Source: Clostridia bacterium
GTDB taxonomy: Bacteria > Bacillota > Clostridia > UMGS1883 > UMGS1540
Direction of reading: 5' to 3'
DNA length: 64,000 nt
Assembly: GCA_045590195.1 (NCBI GenBank)
Contig: JAZNQN010000044.1
Coordinates: forward strand, 19,186 to 83,185
Within the stretch, counting starts at the first letter, position 1, and the number at the start of each line of letters is the position of its first letter. Shown here one piece after another: positions 18,641-28,523 of this stretch. The notes under the pieces are model-generated. The model made no database searches, was not told the origin of the DNA, and was given only the letters and a program-made list of their open reading frames with translations. The position numbers were made by a program, and so were the translations under genes.

Positions 18641-21337
18641 TTGATTGAAATTTTAAAAGGAAAAACTGTAAACCGCTTATTCTATGCTGCCATTTGGCTT
18701 GCAGCTTTCATACTGCTTTCATTTGTTCTGATTAAATTTGCAGCAAATGTTTTAGAAATAAGCGAAATCGGATACGAAGATGTTTATTTTAAAAATCTGT
18801 CTACAATTGTAGTAACAGGTTTAATTTCCTTTGGTATTTTATTTGTTGTTTTTGCCGCAAATCTTTTAATCTTGCGCAAAAATCTTGTGCGTATTTGGGG
18901 AACACCCAGCATAATGAAATCTGTTACATCTTCTTTTGTGTTCTCGGCAGTTTTTTCTTTGATTATATCAATTTTTGTAACATTAAGACTTTACCCACTT
19001 TACCTTCAGTTTTTCAGCAGTATTCCCTTTGGAACGGTTGACCCTATAATTGGGCAGGACATTGGTTACTATGTATTTCAGCGACCATTTTTGCTTGAAG
19101 CCTCAAATATGATTCAGTTTGTGCTTTTCTTTCAGATTATTTATTCTTTTGCAATTTATTCAATAAGCTATCTTAAAACAGATTTTCTTATGTATAAAGA
19201 GCTTTTTAAAGAAAAAAGAATTATGAATCATCTGTTAACATCTGTTGTAATTTACTTTATAAGTATTGCAATTTCTTATAAGTTTACTGCTGAAAATATT
19301 CTTTTCGGCGAATTTGGCAATCATCTTTCAGGGGCAGGTTTTACCGATGTTTTTATCTGGCAGAACCACTATAAAATTGCACCATTTGTTTTAATAGCAG
19401 TAATTGTGTTAACATTTATTTTTCTTAAGAAGAGCAAAATTAAATTTGCCGCTATCACCTTACTTATCGTTCCTCTTTTCTGGGTTGGAACTTTTATAAC
19501 CTCGGCTGTTTCCGAACTTTGGTTTGTAAAACCTTACGAGGTTTCCATGCAAAGAGCATATATAAATCATAATCTCGATGCAACCAAAAAGGCTTTTGGC
19601 CTTGATAACATAACTTTTAAAGAATTTCCTGCTGATGACAGCATTACTCTGCAAGATGTTTACGAAAATAAGAATACTGTTGATAATATTCGAATTACCG
19701 ACATAAATCAAACTCTTGCAGCTACTAATTCGCTTCAAAGCCTAAGAAGTTTTTATTCTTTTAACGACAGCGACATTATTCCGTATAATTTAAATGGTGT
19801 TAAAACTCCGCTTATGGTTTCTGTTCGTGAAACCGATCAGGATAAACTTCAGAAATCGGCCCAAAGCTATATAAATAAAAAACTTCGTTACACACACGGA
19901 TATGGCATTGTTGCAAATCCAACAAATTCTGTTACAGAAGAAGGTCAGCCAAACTATATTATTAAAGATATTCCTTCTTCTTCGCTTTCGGGTGCACCCC
20001 AAATTACTCAGCCCCGCATTTACTACGGAGAAAAAACCGACGATTATGTAATCGTTGGTACAAGATACAACGAGCTTGACTATATGGAAGGCGATAAAAC
20101 TGTTGAGTATTCTTATACCGGAAACAGTGGAATTAAATTAAATTTTTTAAACAGAATTATTTTCTCTGTTGATAAGCTTGACCCAATGCTTCTTATGTCA
20201 AGCTATATTTCGGGCGAAAGCAGGCTTTTAACTAATCGTGATATTTTAGACAGGGTTAATATTGCGGCTCCATTTTTAACCTACGATAACGACCCGTATA
20301 TTGTTATAGACTCAGATGGTACTTTAAAATGGGTTGTTGACATTTATACTACAACTAACCTTTACCCCTACGCTCAAAACTACAATGGAATAAATTATAT
20401 AAGAAACAGCGCCAAAGCGGTTGTAGATGCATACAGCGGCGAAGTTACTTTTTATATTACTGATATGACAGATCCTATTATAAGGGTTTTCAGCCGAATG
20501 TATCCAACTCTGTTTTGCTTTGATCCTATTCCTGAATGTGTTATAAATCAGGCGCGTTATCCTGAGTATATATTCAAACTCCAGTCGGAAGTTTATAAAA
20601 TGTATCATGTTACCGAGCCCGAGGCACTTTACAGTAATTCAGATATATGGGTAACTGCAAAAGAAAAATACTCACAGGATGAAACTGTTGATGTTGCACC
20701 CTATTATAACTTAATGAACTTAGGAAACGGCGATGACCTCGTTTTAATGCAGCCATATACCCCTCAGGGAAAAGAAACACTGGTAGCATGGATTGCCGCA
20801 AGCAGCCTTTACGACAGCTACGGCAAATTAACTGTTTACACCTTCCCTAAGGGAAAAACTGTTTATGGTACACTTCACGTAGAAAACAAAATCGATAACG
20901 ACCCTAACATTTCAAAAGAAATTTCACTTTGGGATCAGGGCGGCTCGAAGGTAATCAAAGGAAATCTTCTGGTAATACCTATTAAAAATTCTCTGCTTTA
21001 CGTTGAGCCAATATATATCACTGCAAAAAATTCGGCAGCTCTGCCTGAAGTTAAAAGAGTTGTTGTATGCTTTGGCGACAAAGTTGCCATGGAACCCACC
21101 CTTTGGGGAGCAATAGATGTTTTATTCGGCGGAAAACAGCCCACTGTTCCTGCCGACAGCACTCAGCAGTTAACTGTTGATGACCTTATGAAGGACGCAG
21201 TTAAAAAATACGAAGAGGCAAAAGAAAACAGCGCTTCGGGAAATTTTGAAACATTTGGCAAAGCCCTTGACCAGCTTGGCGATATTTTAAATCAGATGAA
21301 TGAAAAAATATCTGAAAACAAAGCTGAAACGGATTAA
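18641..21337 (+). CDS. UPF0182-family large membrane protein
   Basis: ~900 aa, N-terminal multi-TM region followed by a large soluble domain; TTG start. Family assignment from recall of architecture. Confidence 0.5.
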   Translation: MIEILKGKTVNRLFYAAIWLAAFILLSFVLIKFAANVLEISEIGYEDVYFKNLSTIVVTGLISFGILFVVFAANLLILRKNLVRIWGTPSIMKSVTSSFVFSAVFSLIISIFVTLRLYPLYLQFFSSIPFGTVDPIIGQDIGYYVFQRPFLLEASNMIQFVLFFQIIYSFAIYSISYLKTDFLMYKELFKEKRIMNHLLTSVVIYFISIAISYKFTAENILFGEFGNHLSGAGFTDVFIWQNHYKIAPFVLIAVIVLTFIFLKKSKIKFAAITLLIVPLFWVGTFITSAVSELWFVKPYEVSMQRAYINHNLDATKKAFGLDNITFKEFPADDSITLQDVYENKNTVDNIRITDINQTLAATNSLQSLRSFYSFNDSDIIPYNLNGVKTPLMVSVRETDQDKLQKSAQSYINKKLRYTHGYGIVANPTNSVTEEGQPNYIIKDIPSSSLSGAPQITQPRIYYGEKTDDYVIVGTRYNELDYMEGDKTVEYSYTGNSGIKLNFLNRIIFSVDKLDPMLLMSSYISGESRLLTNRDILDRVNIAAPFLTYDNDPYIVIDSDGTLKWVVDIYTTTNLYPYAQNYNGINYIRNSAKAVVDAYSGEVTFYITDMTDPIIRVFSRMYPTLFCFDPIPECVINQARYPEYIFKLQSEVYKMYHVTEPEALYSNSDIWVTAKEKYSQDETVDVAPYYNLMNLGNGDDLVLMQPYTPQGKETLVAWIAASSLYDSYGKLTVYTFPKGKTVYGTLHVENKIDNDPNISKEISLWDQGGSKVIKGNLLVIPIKNSLLYVEPIYITAKNSAALPEVKRVVVCFGDKVAMEPTLWGAIDVLFGGKQPTVPADSTQQLTVDDLMKDAVKKYEEAKENSASGNFETFGKALDQLGDILNQMNEKISENKAETD

Positions 21338-21409
21338 TATTTAAAATAGTCTTGATTAGTTTAGAAATATACTGTATAATATAGTTATACTTAAATTAGG
21401 AGAATTTTT

Positions 21410-21817
21410 GTGCGAATTATAGGATTTGACTATGGTGACAGCAGAATAGGCGTTGCAGTTAGCGACCTTTTAGGGCTTACAGCCCAGAGCGTTGGCCTTA
21501 TAGCCGAAAAAAACTTTGAAAAACAAGTTATAAAGGTTTTAGAGTATTGCGATGAATACAAAGCAGAAAAAATTGTTTTAGGTATGCCTAAAAATATGAA
21601 CGGAACAATTGGCGAACGCGGCGAAAAAACTCAGCTTTTTGCCGATGCACTCAGGGAAAAAACCTCTGTTCCCATAATTTTTTGGGATGAACGCCTTACA
21701 ACTTCTGCCGCACACAGAACACTTTCCGAAAGTAACGTAAGTGGAAAAAAACGAAAAGGTATTCTTGATAAAATAGCTGCAGTTTTTATTTTGCAGGGTT
21801 ATCTTGACAGCCTTTAA
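21410..21817 (+). CDS. ruvX: Putative pre-16S rRNA nuclease / Holliday junction resolvase-like YqgF (RuvX)
   Basis: 'MRIIGFDYGDSRIGVAVSD' N-terminus is typical of YqgF. Confidence 0.85.
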   Translation: MRIIGFDYGDSRIGVAVSDLLGLTAQSVGLIAEKNFEKQVIKVLEYCDEYKAEKIVLGMPKNMNGTIGERGEKTQLFADALREKTSVPIIFWDERLTTSAAHRTLSESNVSGKKRKGILDKIAAVFILQGYLDSL

Positions 21818-21842
21818 TATATTTTAAGAGAGGTAGTATAAA

Positions 21843-22130
21843 ATGAGCGAAGAAAGAGATAATATTGTTGTACTTGTTGATGATGAAGGCCAGGAGCTTA
21901 AGTTTGAAGTTCTTGATATAATCGAGTATGAAGGAAGCGAATATGCCGCAGGCCTTGATGCTGACAAGGCTGATTCTGATGATGAAGAAGATACTGTTAT
22001 TATTATGAAAATTGTTCACGCAAACGAAGAAGAAGATATTTTAGAGCCTGTTGCAGACGAGGCTACTCTTCAGGCAGTTTTCGAAATTTTCAAAGAACAT
22101 ATGGCAGACGAATTCGAATTTGAAGAATAA
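21843..22130 (+). CDS. DUF1292-family small acidic protein (YrzB-like)
   Basis: 'IVVLVDDEGQELKFEVLDIIEYEGSEYAA' pattern. Position after ruvX matches the B. subtilis yrrK-yrzB arrangement. Confidence 0.6.
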   Translation: MSEERDNIVVLVDDEGQELKFEVLDIIEYEGSEYAAGLDADKADSDDEEDTVIIMKIVHANEEEDILEPVADEATLQAVFEIFKEHMADEFEFEE

Positions 22131-22199
22131 TAAGTTCCCTGCTGTGTGTCGGGAGACGGAGCAATAATTTTTTCCGATGCTATTTTAAACGGGAGATTA

Positions 22200-22328
22200 A
22201 ATAAATACAATTGGTGTGTAAGGCCCCCCGCTTTGCGGTTTGAGGGTAACCCGTAGATTGTAATGATAATCACCCACCTGACTTTTCAGGTTAAAATTTA
22301 TCCGTTTATCGCCACTTGCGGGGCTAAA
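22200..22328 (+). ncRNA. Candidate structured RNA of unknown family in the 3' region of the DUF1292 gene
   Basis: GC-rich complementary segments (ggccccccgc ... gcggggc) enclose internal hairpins such as acctga-cttt-tcaggt. No protein-coding potential; lies in an otherwise AT-rich genome. Not assignable to a family by eye. Confidence 0.2.
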
Positions 22329-22329
22329 T

Positions 22330-22370
22330 AAAAAATAAGAGCTATGACAGCGTCATAGCTCTTTTAGTTT
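22330..22370. terminator. Bidirectional terminator shared by the ruvX-DUF1292 unit (+) and tyrS (-)
   Basis: agagctatgac-agc-gtcatagctct palindrome flanked by A-run and T-run. Confidence 0.7.
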
Positions 22371-22372
22371 TC

Positions 22373-23599
22373 TTATTTTAATGTAATTTTAAGGTATGCT
22401 TTCTTACCTCTTTTTGCAACAAGGCCATCATCGCCAAAATCTTCAACTGTAACCTTCTCATCAAAAGCAGCTACTTTTTTATCGTTAATTGTAAGGCCAC
22501 CCTGTTGAACAAGACGTTTAGCTTCAGATTTTGAAGGAAGGAAACCTGCGGCTACAACTAAATCTATTGCTGTCATACCTGCTTCAACATCAGCTTTTGA
22601 AACCTCTGCAGTAGGCATATCAGCCGAAACACCGCCACCTGCAAAAATTGCTCTTGCAGCATCCTGTGCTTTTTTAGCTTCTTCTTCGCCATGAACAAGT
22701 TTTGTAACCTCAAAAGCAAGGCGTTCTTTAACTTCATTAAGCTGCTGTCCTTCAAGTTTTTCATATTCTCTTATTTCTTCCATAGGTACAAATGTAACAA
22801 GCTTCATAAAGCGGCAAACATCGGCATCCTGAACATTTCTCCAGTACTGATAAAATTCAAACGGAGAAACTTTTTCGGGGTCAAGCCAAAGAGCACCTTT
22901 AGCAGTTTTACCCATTTTCTGGCCTTCGCTGTTTGTAAGAAGGGTAAATGTCATACCATAAACCTGTTTGTTTTCTTTTCTTCTTACAAGGTCGATACCG
23001 CCCAAAATATTGCTCCACTGGTCATCGCCACCGAGCTCAATTTTACAATCGTACTCTTTTGAAAGACAAAGGAAATCGTAGCTCTGCATAAGCATATAGT
23101 TAAATTCAAGGAACGAAAGACCTTTTTCAAGTCTTGTCTGGAAGCATTTTGCACGAAGCATTTCATTAACTGAGAAGCACGAGCCGATATCTCTTAAAAA
23201 TTCAATGTAATTTAAGTTTCTGAGCCAATCGGCATTATTTACCATAATAGCCTTGTCATCAGAAAAATCAACTATACATGAAAGCTGTTTTTTAAATCTT
23301 TCACAGTTATAGTTAATTGTGTCAACAGTCATCATCTGGCGCATATCTGTTCTGCCCGATGGGTCGCCAACCATAGCGGTTCCACCACCAACAAGGGCAA
23401 TTGGGCGATGGCCTGCGTTTTGCATATGGCGCATTACAACCATCTGCAAGAAGTGGCCGATATGGAGAGAATCTGCAGTTGGGTCAAAGCCAATATAAAA
23501 AGTTACTTTTTCTTTTCCTAAAAGTTCACGAATTTCTTCTTCGTGAGTTGTTTGCGCAATAAGACCGCGCTCTTTTAAAATATCAAAAACGTTAGTCAT
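22373..23599 (-). CDS. tyrS: Tyrosine--tRNA ligase
   Basis: 'HIGH' motif ([12 protein letters not shown]) and 'KMGKT' motif (QKMGKTAKG); C-terminal S4-like domain. Confidence 0.9.
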   Translation of the reverse strand: MTNVFDILKERGLIAQTTHEEEIRELLGKEKVTFYIGFDPTADSLHIGHFLQMVVMRHMQNAGHRPIALVGGGTAMVGDPSGRTDMRQMMTVDTINYNCERFKKQLSCIVDFSDDKAIMVNNADWLRNLNYIEFLRDIGSCFSVNEMLRAKCFQTRLEKGLSFLEFNYMLMQSYDFLCLSKEYDCKIELGGDDQWSNILGGIDLVRRKENKQVYGMTFTLLTNSEGQKMGKTAKGALWLDPEKVSPFEFYQYWRNVQDADVCRFMKLVTFVPMEEIREYEKLEGQQLNEVKERLAFEVTKLVHGEEEAKKAQDAARAIFAGGGVSADMPTAEVSKADVEAGMTAIDLVVAAGFLPSKSEAKRLVQQGGLTINDKKVAAFDEKVTVEDFGDDGLVAKRGKKAYLKITLK

Positions 23600-23629
23600 A
23601 AATTTATCCTCTCTTTAGCATAATATAGT

Positions 23630-23658
23630 ATTTTATCACATAAAAGTAAAACTTTCAA
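23630..23658 (-). promoter_or_regulatory. Sigma-A-type promoter for tyrS (TTGAAA-17-TAAAAT), short leader with no T-box
   Basis: Minus strand reads TTGAAAgttttacttttatgtgaTAAAAT about 30 nt upstream of the tyrS RBS. Confidence 0.5.
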
Positions 23659-23663
23659 GTGTT

Positions 23664-24590
23664 TTATACATATAATCCCAAAATTCCAAACATAATTGGT
23701 ATAGTAATTATACTTAAAATGTTCGACATAAATGTAGCTTTCGCCCCTGTAAGCGAATCGCCGCCGTATGCCTCGGGAAAAACAACGCTATTAAGCCCAA
23801 GTGGCATTGCTAGTGTAACAATAGCAACAGTTACAAATATTGTATCAACTTTTAAAAGCATCATTACTGCAAAAAAAGCTATCGGAATTATAATACCACG
23901 TAAAAATGCAGTAACAAACAGCCTGATGTCTTTAAAAATTGGCTTAATTGGCGTTGCACCAAGAACAAACCCTGTAAGAATCATTGCTGAAGGCGACATA
24001 CAGCTTTCTGCCGAGGTAAGCGCTTTCATAAGAAAAGTAGGAAGTTTTATTTCTGCAATTCCAAAAATCATTCCTAAAATCAAAGCAATAATTATTGGAT
24101 TTAAAAGTTTTTTTGCGGTAAAGCTTCTGTTTGGGTTTAGTATGTACATTCCGTAAGTATAAATTGTAAACTGATACGGAATTGCAAACATCATCATAAA
24201 AAAAAGCATCTGCTCGCCAAAAACAGCCTCCATAAGCGGGTAACCCATATAACCAAGGTTAGGAATTAAAAGACTGTACATATAAACATCTTTCTGCAAA
24301 TTATTCTTCGCGAGAAGTTTTGAAAAAATTTTCGCAGGAACAAAGCTTATTGCCAAAACTAAAATACCAAAAAGAAGTAAATACATATTCTCCGAAAGAT
24401 TTTTCAAATTAAAATTTTCAAGAAAATTCAGAAAAAACATGGCCGGAAGAAAAAGATTTACAAGCAAGCTTGATAAAACTTTGCTAACATCATCCCCGCC
24501 TATTTTCTTTTTCCTCATAATAAAGCCTATTATCATAAAAAGGAACATATTCCCAAGCTGATTTAATGTTAAATTTAATGTTTCAAACAA
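23664..24590 (-). CDS. AEC-family (auxin efflux carrier / malate permease-like) transporter
   Basis: ~10 TM helices, 308 aa, N-terminal 'LGNMFLFMIIGFIMRK' region typical of AEC permeases. Confidence 0.6.
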   Translation of the reverse strand: MFETLNLTLNQLGNMFLFMIIGFIMRKKKIGGDDVSKVLSSLLVNLFLPAMFFLNFLENFNLKNLSENMYLLLFGILVLAISFVPAKIFSKLLAKNNLQKDVYMYSLLIPNLGYMGYPLMEAVFGEQMLFFMMMFAIPYQFTIYTYGMYILNPNRSFTAKKLLNPIIIALILGMIFGIAEIKLPTFLMKALTSAESCMSPSAMILTGFVLGATPIKPIFKDIRLFVTAFLRGIIIPIAFFAVMMLLKVDTIFVTVAIVTLAMPLGLNSVVFPEAYGGDSLTGAKATFMSNILSIITIPIMFGILGLYV

Positions 24591-24592
24591 TT

Positions 24593-25432
24593 TTATGCCT
24601 CCAAATTATAAAGCTTTTTCAAAAGTGCAATTTCTCTGGCATAACCTTCAATTTCGTTTGGAGTTTCGAGATAAAATGGCAAATTACAAACCCTTTTATT
24701 ATTTATAATTTTTACCATAGCATCAATGCCAATATTGCCGTCGCCTATTTTTTCGTGACGGTCTTTGTGAGCACCTTGTGGATTCATACTGTCATTTATA
24801 TGAATTGCACGAAGGCGTGAAAGACCAATAACACGGTCAAATTCGTCTAAAACGCCATCGAAATTTTCTACAACATCATATCCGCCATCGTGTACGTGAC
24901 ATGTGTCAAGACAAACTCCTAATTTTTCAGAAAGTTCAACTTTGTCTATAATTTCTTTTATTTCCTCAAAGTTTCTGCCAATTTCACTGCCTTTTCCAGC
25001 CATTGTTTCAAGTAAAACAGTTGTTGTTTGCTCAGGTTTTAAAATTTCGTTTAAGGCATCGCTTATAAACTTAATTCCAACCTCTACTCCCTGCCCCGTG
25101 TGACTGCCCGGATGAAAATTATACAAATTGTTTGGGGTATATTCCATTCTCATAAGGTCGTCGGCCATAGTATTTTTTGCAAATTCTCTTATACCTTTAT
25201 CAGCTGAGCAAAGATTTAATGTATAAGGAGCGTGGGCTAAAATAACGTCTATTCCGTTTTCTTTAGAGAACTCCAAAAAAGCGGCAACATCTTTTTCGTC
25301 AATATCCTTAGCTTTTCCGCCACGTGGATTTCTTGTAAAAAACTGAAAAGTATTAGCACCTATACTAATTGCTTCTTTTCCCATTGCAAGATAACCTTTT
25401 GAAGCGGAAAGGTGACATCCTATTTTAAACAT
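24593..25432 (-). CDS. nfo: Deoxyribonuclease IV (endonuclease IV, AP endonuclease)
   Basis: Xylose-isomerase-like TIM barrel with 'AHAPYTLNL', 'NFHPGSH', 'LLETMAG' and '[11 protein letters not shown]' motifs. ATG start (MFKIGCHLS) with AGAGAGGA RBS. Confidence 0.8.
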   Translation of the reverse strand: MFKIGCHLSASKGYLAMGKEAISIGANTFQFFTRNPRGGKAKDIDEKDVAAFLEFSKENGIDVILAHAPYTLNLCSADKGIREFAKNTMADDLMRMEYTPNNLYNFHPGSHTGQGVEVGIKFISDALNEILKPEQTTTVLLETMAGKGSEIGRNFEEIKEIIDKVELSEKLGVCLDTCHVHDGGYDVVENFDGVLDEFDRVIGLSRLRAIHINDSMNPQGAHKDRHEKIGDGNIGIDAMVKIINNKRVCNLPFYLETPNEIEGYAREIALLKKLYNLEA

Positions 25433-25433
25433 C

Positions 25434-25847
25434 TTAATTCCTCTCTTTGTCAAATTTATCAACGTTTTCAAGTAGTGAATTCACGCTTTTGAACCATTCA
25501 ATAATCATATGGCGCATCATTCCAACATCTTCCGATTTTGCCAATAGACCAAAAATCGGTTTTCCCATTCCGTACGCCATACCTATTTCTGCCCATGCAT
25601 CGCATCCTGATGGGCCAACATAAATTATAAGGTCGGCACTTTTAACGGAGGTTACGCAAAAATTGAATACACCCTGTCCAACTTCACTATATATAAACGC
25701 ATCAAGGTCTTTTTTAGAAAGAAAAGCCTCTTCAGGTCTACCCTCACGAAGCCACGACAAAATCGTGTGTCCTCTCTCTTCTAAAAGATTTGTAAGCATT
25801 TCAACCGCGTGCTGATGCTTCCAGGAAGCCGCTATATATATTTTCAT
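25434..25847 (-). CDS. Nucleoside 2-deoxyribosyltransferase / DNPH1 (Rcl)-like small protein
   Basis: 'MKIYIAASW' N-terminus and '[19 protein letters not shown]' match the NDT/DNPH1 fold motifs (I/L-Y-x-AG ... D.G...E.G.A...GKP). Confidence 0.5.
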   Translation of the reverse strand: MKIYIAASWKHQHAVEMLTNLLEERGHTILSWLREGRPEEAFLSKKDLDAFIYSEVGQGVFNFCVTSVKSADLIIYVGPSGCDAWAEIGMAYGMGKPIFGLLAKSEDVGMMRHMIIEWFKSVNSLLENVDKFDKERN

Positions 25848-25973
25848 AATTATCCCTCCAAATTCCAGTTTATTTTACCACATTTTTTTATTTATGTACA
25901 CCCTTTTATTTAAAAAATATTGAAAACTTTAAAGTATTGTGTTAAAATTTAAGAAAAAACTTTGGAGTATCTA

Positions 25974-27095
25974 ATGAGTGATTTTGAAGTGATTTCACAA
26001 AAAGCAATTAAATACTTAAAGTCTTCGGGATTTGAGGCTTATGTTGTTGGTGGATTTGTAAGAAACACTTTAATGGGACTTCCTGTTTCTGATATTGATA
26101 TATGTACAAACGCTCTGCCCGAAGAAATAGGCAGGGTTTTTACCGAATTTAATGTTTATGAAACAGGAATTAAACACGGAACCGTAACGGTTATAATTGA
26201 TAAAACCCCCGTAGAAATCACAACTTACAGAATTGATGGCGAATATAAAAATCACAGGAAACCTGATGAAGTTTTGTTTACAACTTCAATTTACGAAGAT
26301 TTAAGCAGGCGTGATTTTACCATAAACGCAATGGCTTTTGACGAAAATCAAAACATTTTGGATTTGTTTGACGGCAGAGAAGATTTGATAAACAATATTG
26401 TTCGCTGCGTTGGAAATGCAGAAAAACGATTTGAAGAAGATGCTCTGCGAATTTTAAGAGCCCTTCGTTTTTCTTCGGTTCTGGGTTTTGATGTTGAAGA
26501 TACAACAAAAAAAGCTATTTTTTCAAAATTTAAGCTTTTATCATTTGTTTCAAAAGAAAGAATTACCGAAGAGATATTAAAACTTTTAGGCGGAAAACAC
26601 GCCAAAATTATTTTAAAAGAGTTTTCTGAAATTTTTGAATACTTATCGGGAGGCAAAATATCTGAAAAACTTTATCTTGAAAAAAACGATCCTCTCATTT
26701 TGCTTTCCTTTTTTGAAAAAACTGATTTTTTAAGGCTCTCGGCAAGCGACAGCAAAATCATTAAATTCATAAAAGAAAACTGCCACAAAACTATTATTTC
26801 TGACTACGATATTTTAAGCCTTTTAAATTGCGGTGGAGTTGATGCTACTGAAAAGATTATGCTTCTTTCAAAAAACTGCCACCTTCTTAAAACTTTTTAT
26901 AAATTGGCAGAAAACGGATGCTACTTTGAAAAACATCTCGCTGTTTCCGGCAATGATATTATAAAGCTTGGCTACAATGGAAAAGATGTTGGGAAAATTT
27001 TGAATAGCATTTTAAACCTCGTAATGCAAGGCGAAATTTCAAACAAATATGAGGTTTTAATGGACTTTATTAAAAAAAATAAATTTTTTGCATAA
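25974..27095 (+). CDS. cca: CCA tRNA nucleotidyltransferase / poly(A) polymerase family
   Basis: Pol-beta-like head domain 'YVVGGFVRNTLMGLPVSDIDICT', 'RDFTINAMAF', 'EDALRILRALRF'. ATG (MSDFEV) with GGAG RBS. Confidence 0.8.
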   Translation: MSDFEVISQKAIKYLKSSGFEAYVVGGFVRNTLMGLPVSDIDICTNALPEEIGRVFTEFNVYETGIKHGTVTVIIDKTPVEITTYRIDGEYKNHRKPDEVLFTTSIYEDLSRRDFTINAMAFDENQNILDLFDGREDLINNIVRCVGNAEKRFEEDALRILRALRFSSVLGFDVEDTTKKAIFSKFKLLSFVSKERITEEILKLLGGKHAKIILKEFSEIFEYLSGGKISEKLYLEKNDPLILLSFFEKTDFLRLSASDSKIIKFIKENCHKTIISDYDILSLLNCGGVDATEKIMLLSKNCHLLKTFYKLAENGCYFEKHLAVSGNDIIKLGYNGKDVGKILNSILNLVMQGEISNKYEVLMDFIKKNKFFA

Positions 27096-27171
27096 ATTTG
27101 CTTGCATTATTAAAAATTATGTGTTATAATAACTGAGTTATTAGATGTATTCTATGAAAGAGGTGAAACAA

Positions 27172-27375
27172 ATGAGAGAAGGAATTCATCCCGAATACCA
27201 GCCCACAACAATTAAGTGCGCTTGTGGAAATGTTATAGAAACCGGTTCGACAAAGGAAAATCTTTCTGTTGAAATTTGCTCCGAGTGTCATCCTTTCTTT
27301 ACAGGTAAACAGAAATTGGTTGATACAGGCGGACGTGTTGAGAAATTCAAAAAGAGATTTAACTTGGAAAAATAA
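27172..27375 (+). CDS. rpmE: 50S ribosomal protein L31
   Basis: '[10 protein letters not shown]...CACGN...[13 protein letters not shown]' zinc-ribbon L31; AAGAGGTGA RBS. Followed by terminator agaagcgcaaaaatttgcgcttttt. Confidence 0.9.
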   Translation: MREGIHPEYQPTTIKCACGNVIETGSTKENLSVEICSECHPFFTGKQKLVDTGGRVEKFKKRFNLEK

Positions 27376-27443
27376 GACCACAATAGTAAGAAGCGCAAAA
27401 ATTTGCGCTTTTTATTTTTACACTTTATTCTTGAGGTGATTAC

Positions 27444-28523
27444 TTGGTTAAAATAATTCACAGCGGCGACTTTCACTTCGATTCGCCATATATTGGCTTT
27501 CCTGATGAGGTTGCAAAAATCAGAAGTGAAGAACAGCTTGCCACACTTAAAAAAATAATTGAATATACCAAAAATGAAAAGGCGGATATTCTTCTTCTGG
27601 CAGGAGATATTTTTGAAAACGAATATGTTTCATATAAAACAGTTGAGTTTTTAAAGCATTGTTTTGCCGAAATTCCTGATACTTATGTTTTTATTTCTCC
27701 CGGAAATCACGATTGTATTTCAGGAAACGAAATATATTCTAACATAGATTTAGGCGAAAATGTTGTTGTTTTTTCTCCTGAAATAGATTTTGTAGAAATT
27801 TCTGCCCTTAACACCCGTGTTTACGGATACGGCCTTTTTACAAGAACAGATCAGGTAAACCTTCAGGAAAATATGCCAACACTTGACAAAAGCTTTATAA
27901 ATATTTTTCTTGTTCACGCCGCTCTTCCGCCATATACAGATACTTCTCCTATCACTAAAGAAGAAATAGCTGAAAGCGGGTTCGACTTTATAGCTTCCGG
28001 ACACATACATATTTTTGAAGGAATTAAAAAGTACGGCGACACCTATGCAGTTTTTCCCGGAATGCCTGAAGGCAGACATTTTAAAGTTGCCGAATGTGGC
28101 GAGAAAGGTTTTTTAAAAATTCTAATTGACAAAAATAAATTCGAAACAGAATTTATTAAAAGCAGCACAAGAACTTTATCAAAATACGAAATCGATGTTA
28201 CCGGTTGCCTTTTAAATTCTGACATTCTGGCAAAGCTTGGAGAATTAGATAAAAAGAATTTATATAACTTTGTTCTCACAGGCACTGTTTCAGAAAATGT
28301 TTACTTTAACATACCTTCACTTGAAAAGCTGCTCTGTGAAAACTTTTTCTACGCCAAGGTAACTGACAACACAGAAAAAAGCAAAAAAACATCACTCTCT
28401 CCTATTGAGCAGATGTTTTACGATACCCTTAAAAAAAGCGGCAAAAGCGACGAGATTATTGAAAGAGCTTTTAATATAGGCCTTTCAGCCATCAGAGGGG
28501 AGGAAATCAAAAGTGAAAATTAA
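27444..28523 (+). CDS. SbcD/Mre11-like metallophosphoesterase (YhaO-like)
   Basis: Calcineurin-like motifs 'IIHSGDFHFD', 'LAGDIFEN', 'GNHD', 'GHIH'. TTG start with GAGGTGA RBS. Confidence 0.7.
   Translation: MVKIIHSGDFHFDSPYIGFPDEVAKIRSEEQLATLKKIIEYTKNEKADILLLAGDIFENEYVSYKTVEFLKHCFAEIPDTYVFISPGNHDCISGNEIYSNIDLGENVVVFSPEIDFVEISALNTRVYGYGLFTRTDQVNLQENMPTLDKSFINIFLVHAALPPYTDTSPITKEEIAESGFDFIASGHIHIFEGIKKYGDTYAVFPGMPEGRHFKVAECGEKGFLKILIDKNKFETEFIKSSTRTLSKYEIDVTGCLLNSDILAKLGELDKKNLYNFVLTGTVSENVYFNIPSLEKLLCENFFYAKVTDNTEKSKKTSLSPIEQMFYDTLKKSGKSDEIIERAFNIGLSAIRGEEIKSEN

Noticed and set aside
23600-23663. T-box riboswitch expected upstream of tyrS
   Set aside because: Only ~60 nt separate tyrS from the next gene. 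A plain TTGAAA-17-TAAAAT promoter and RBS fill it, with no T-box AATTAGGGTGGTACCGCG-type sequence or specifier hairpin.
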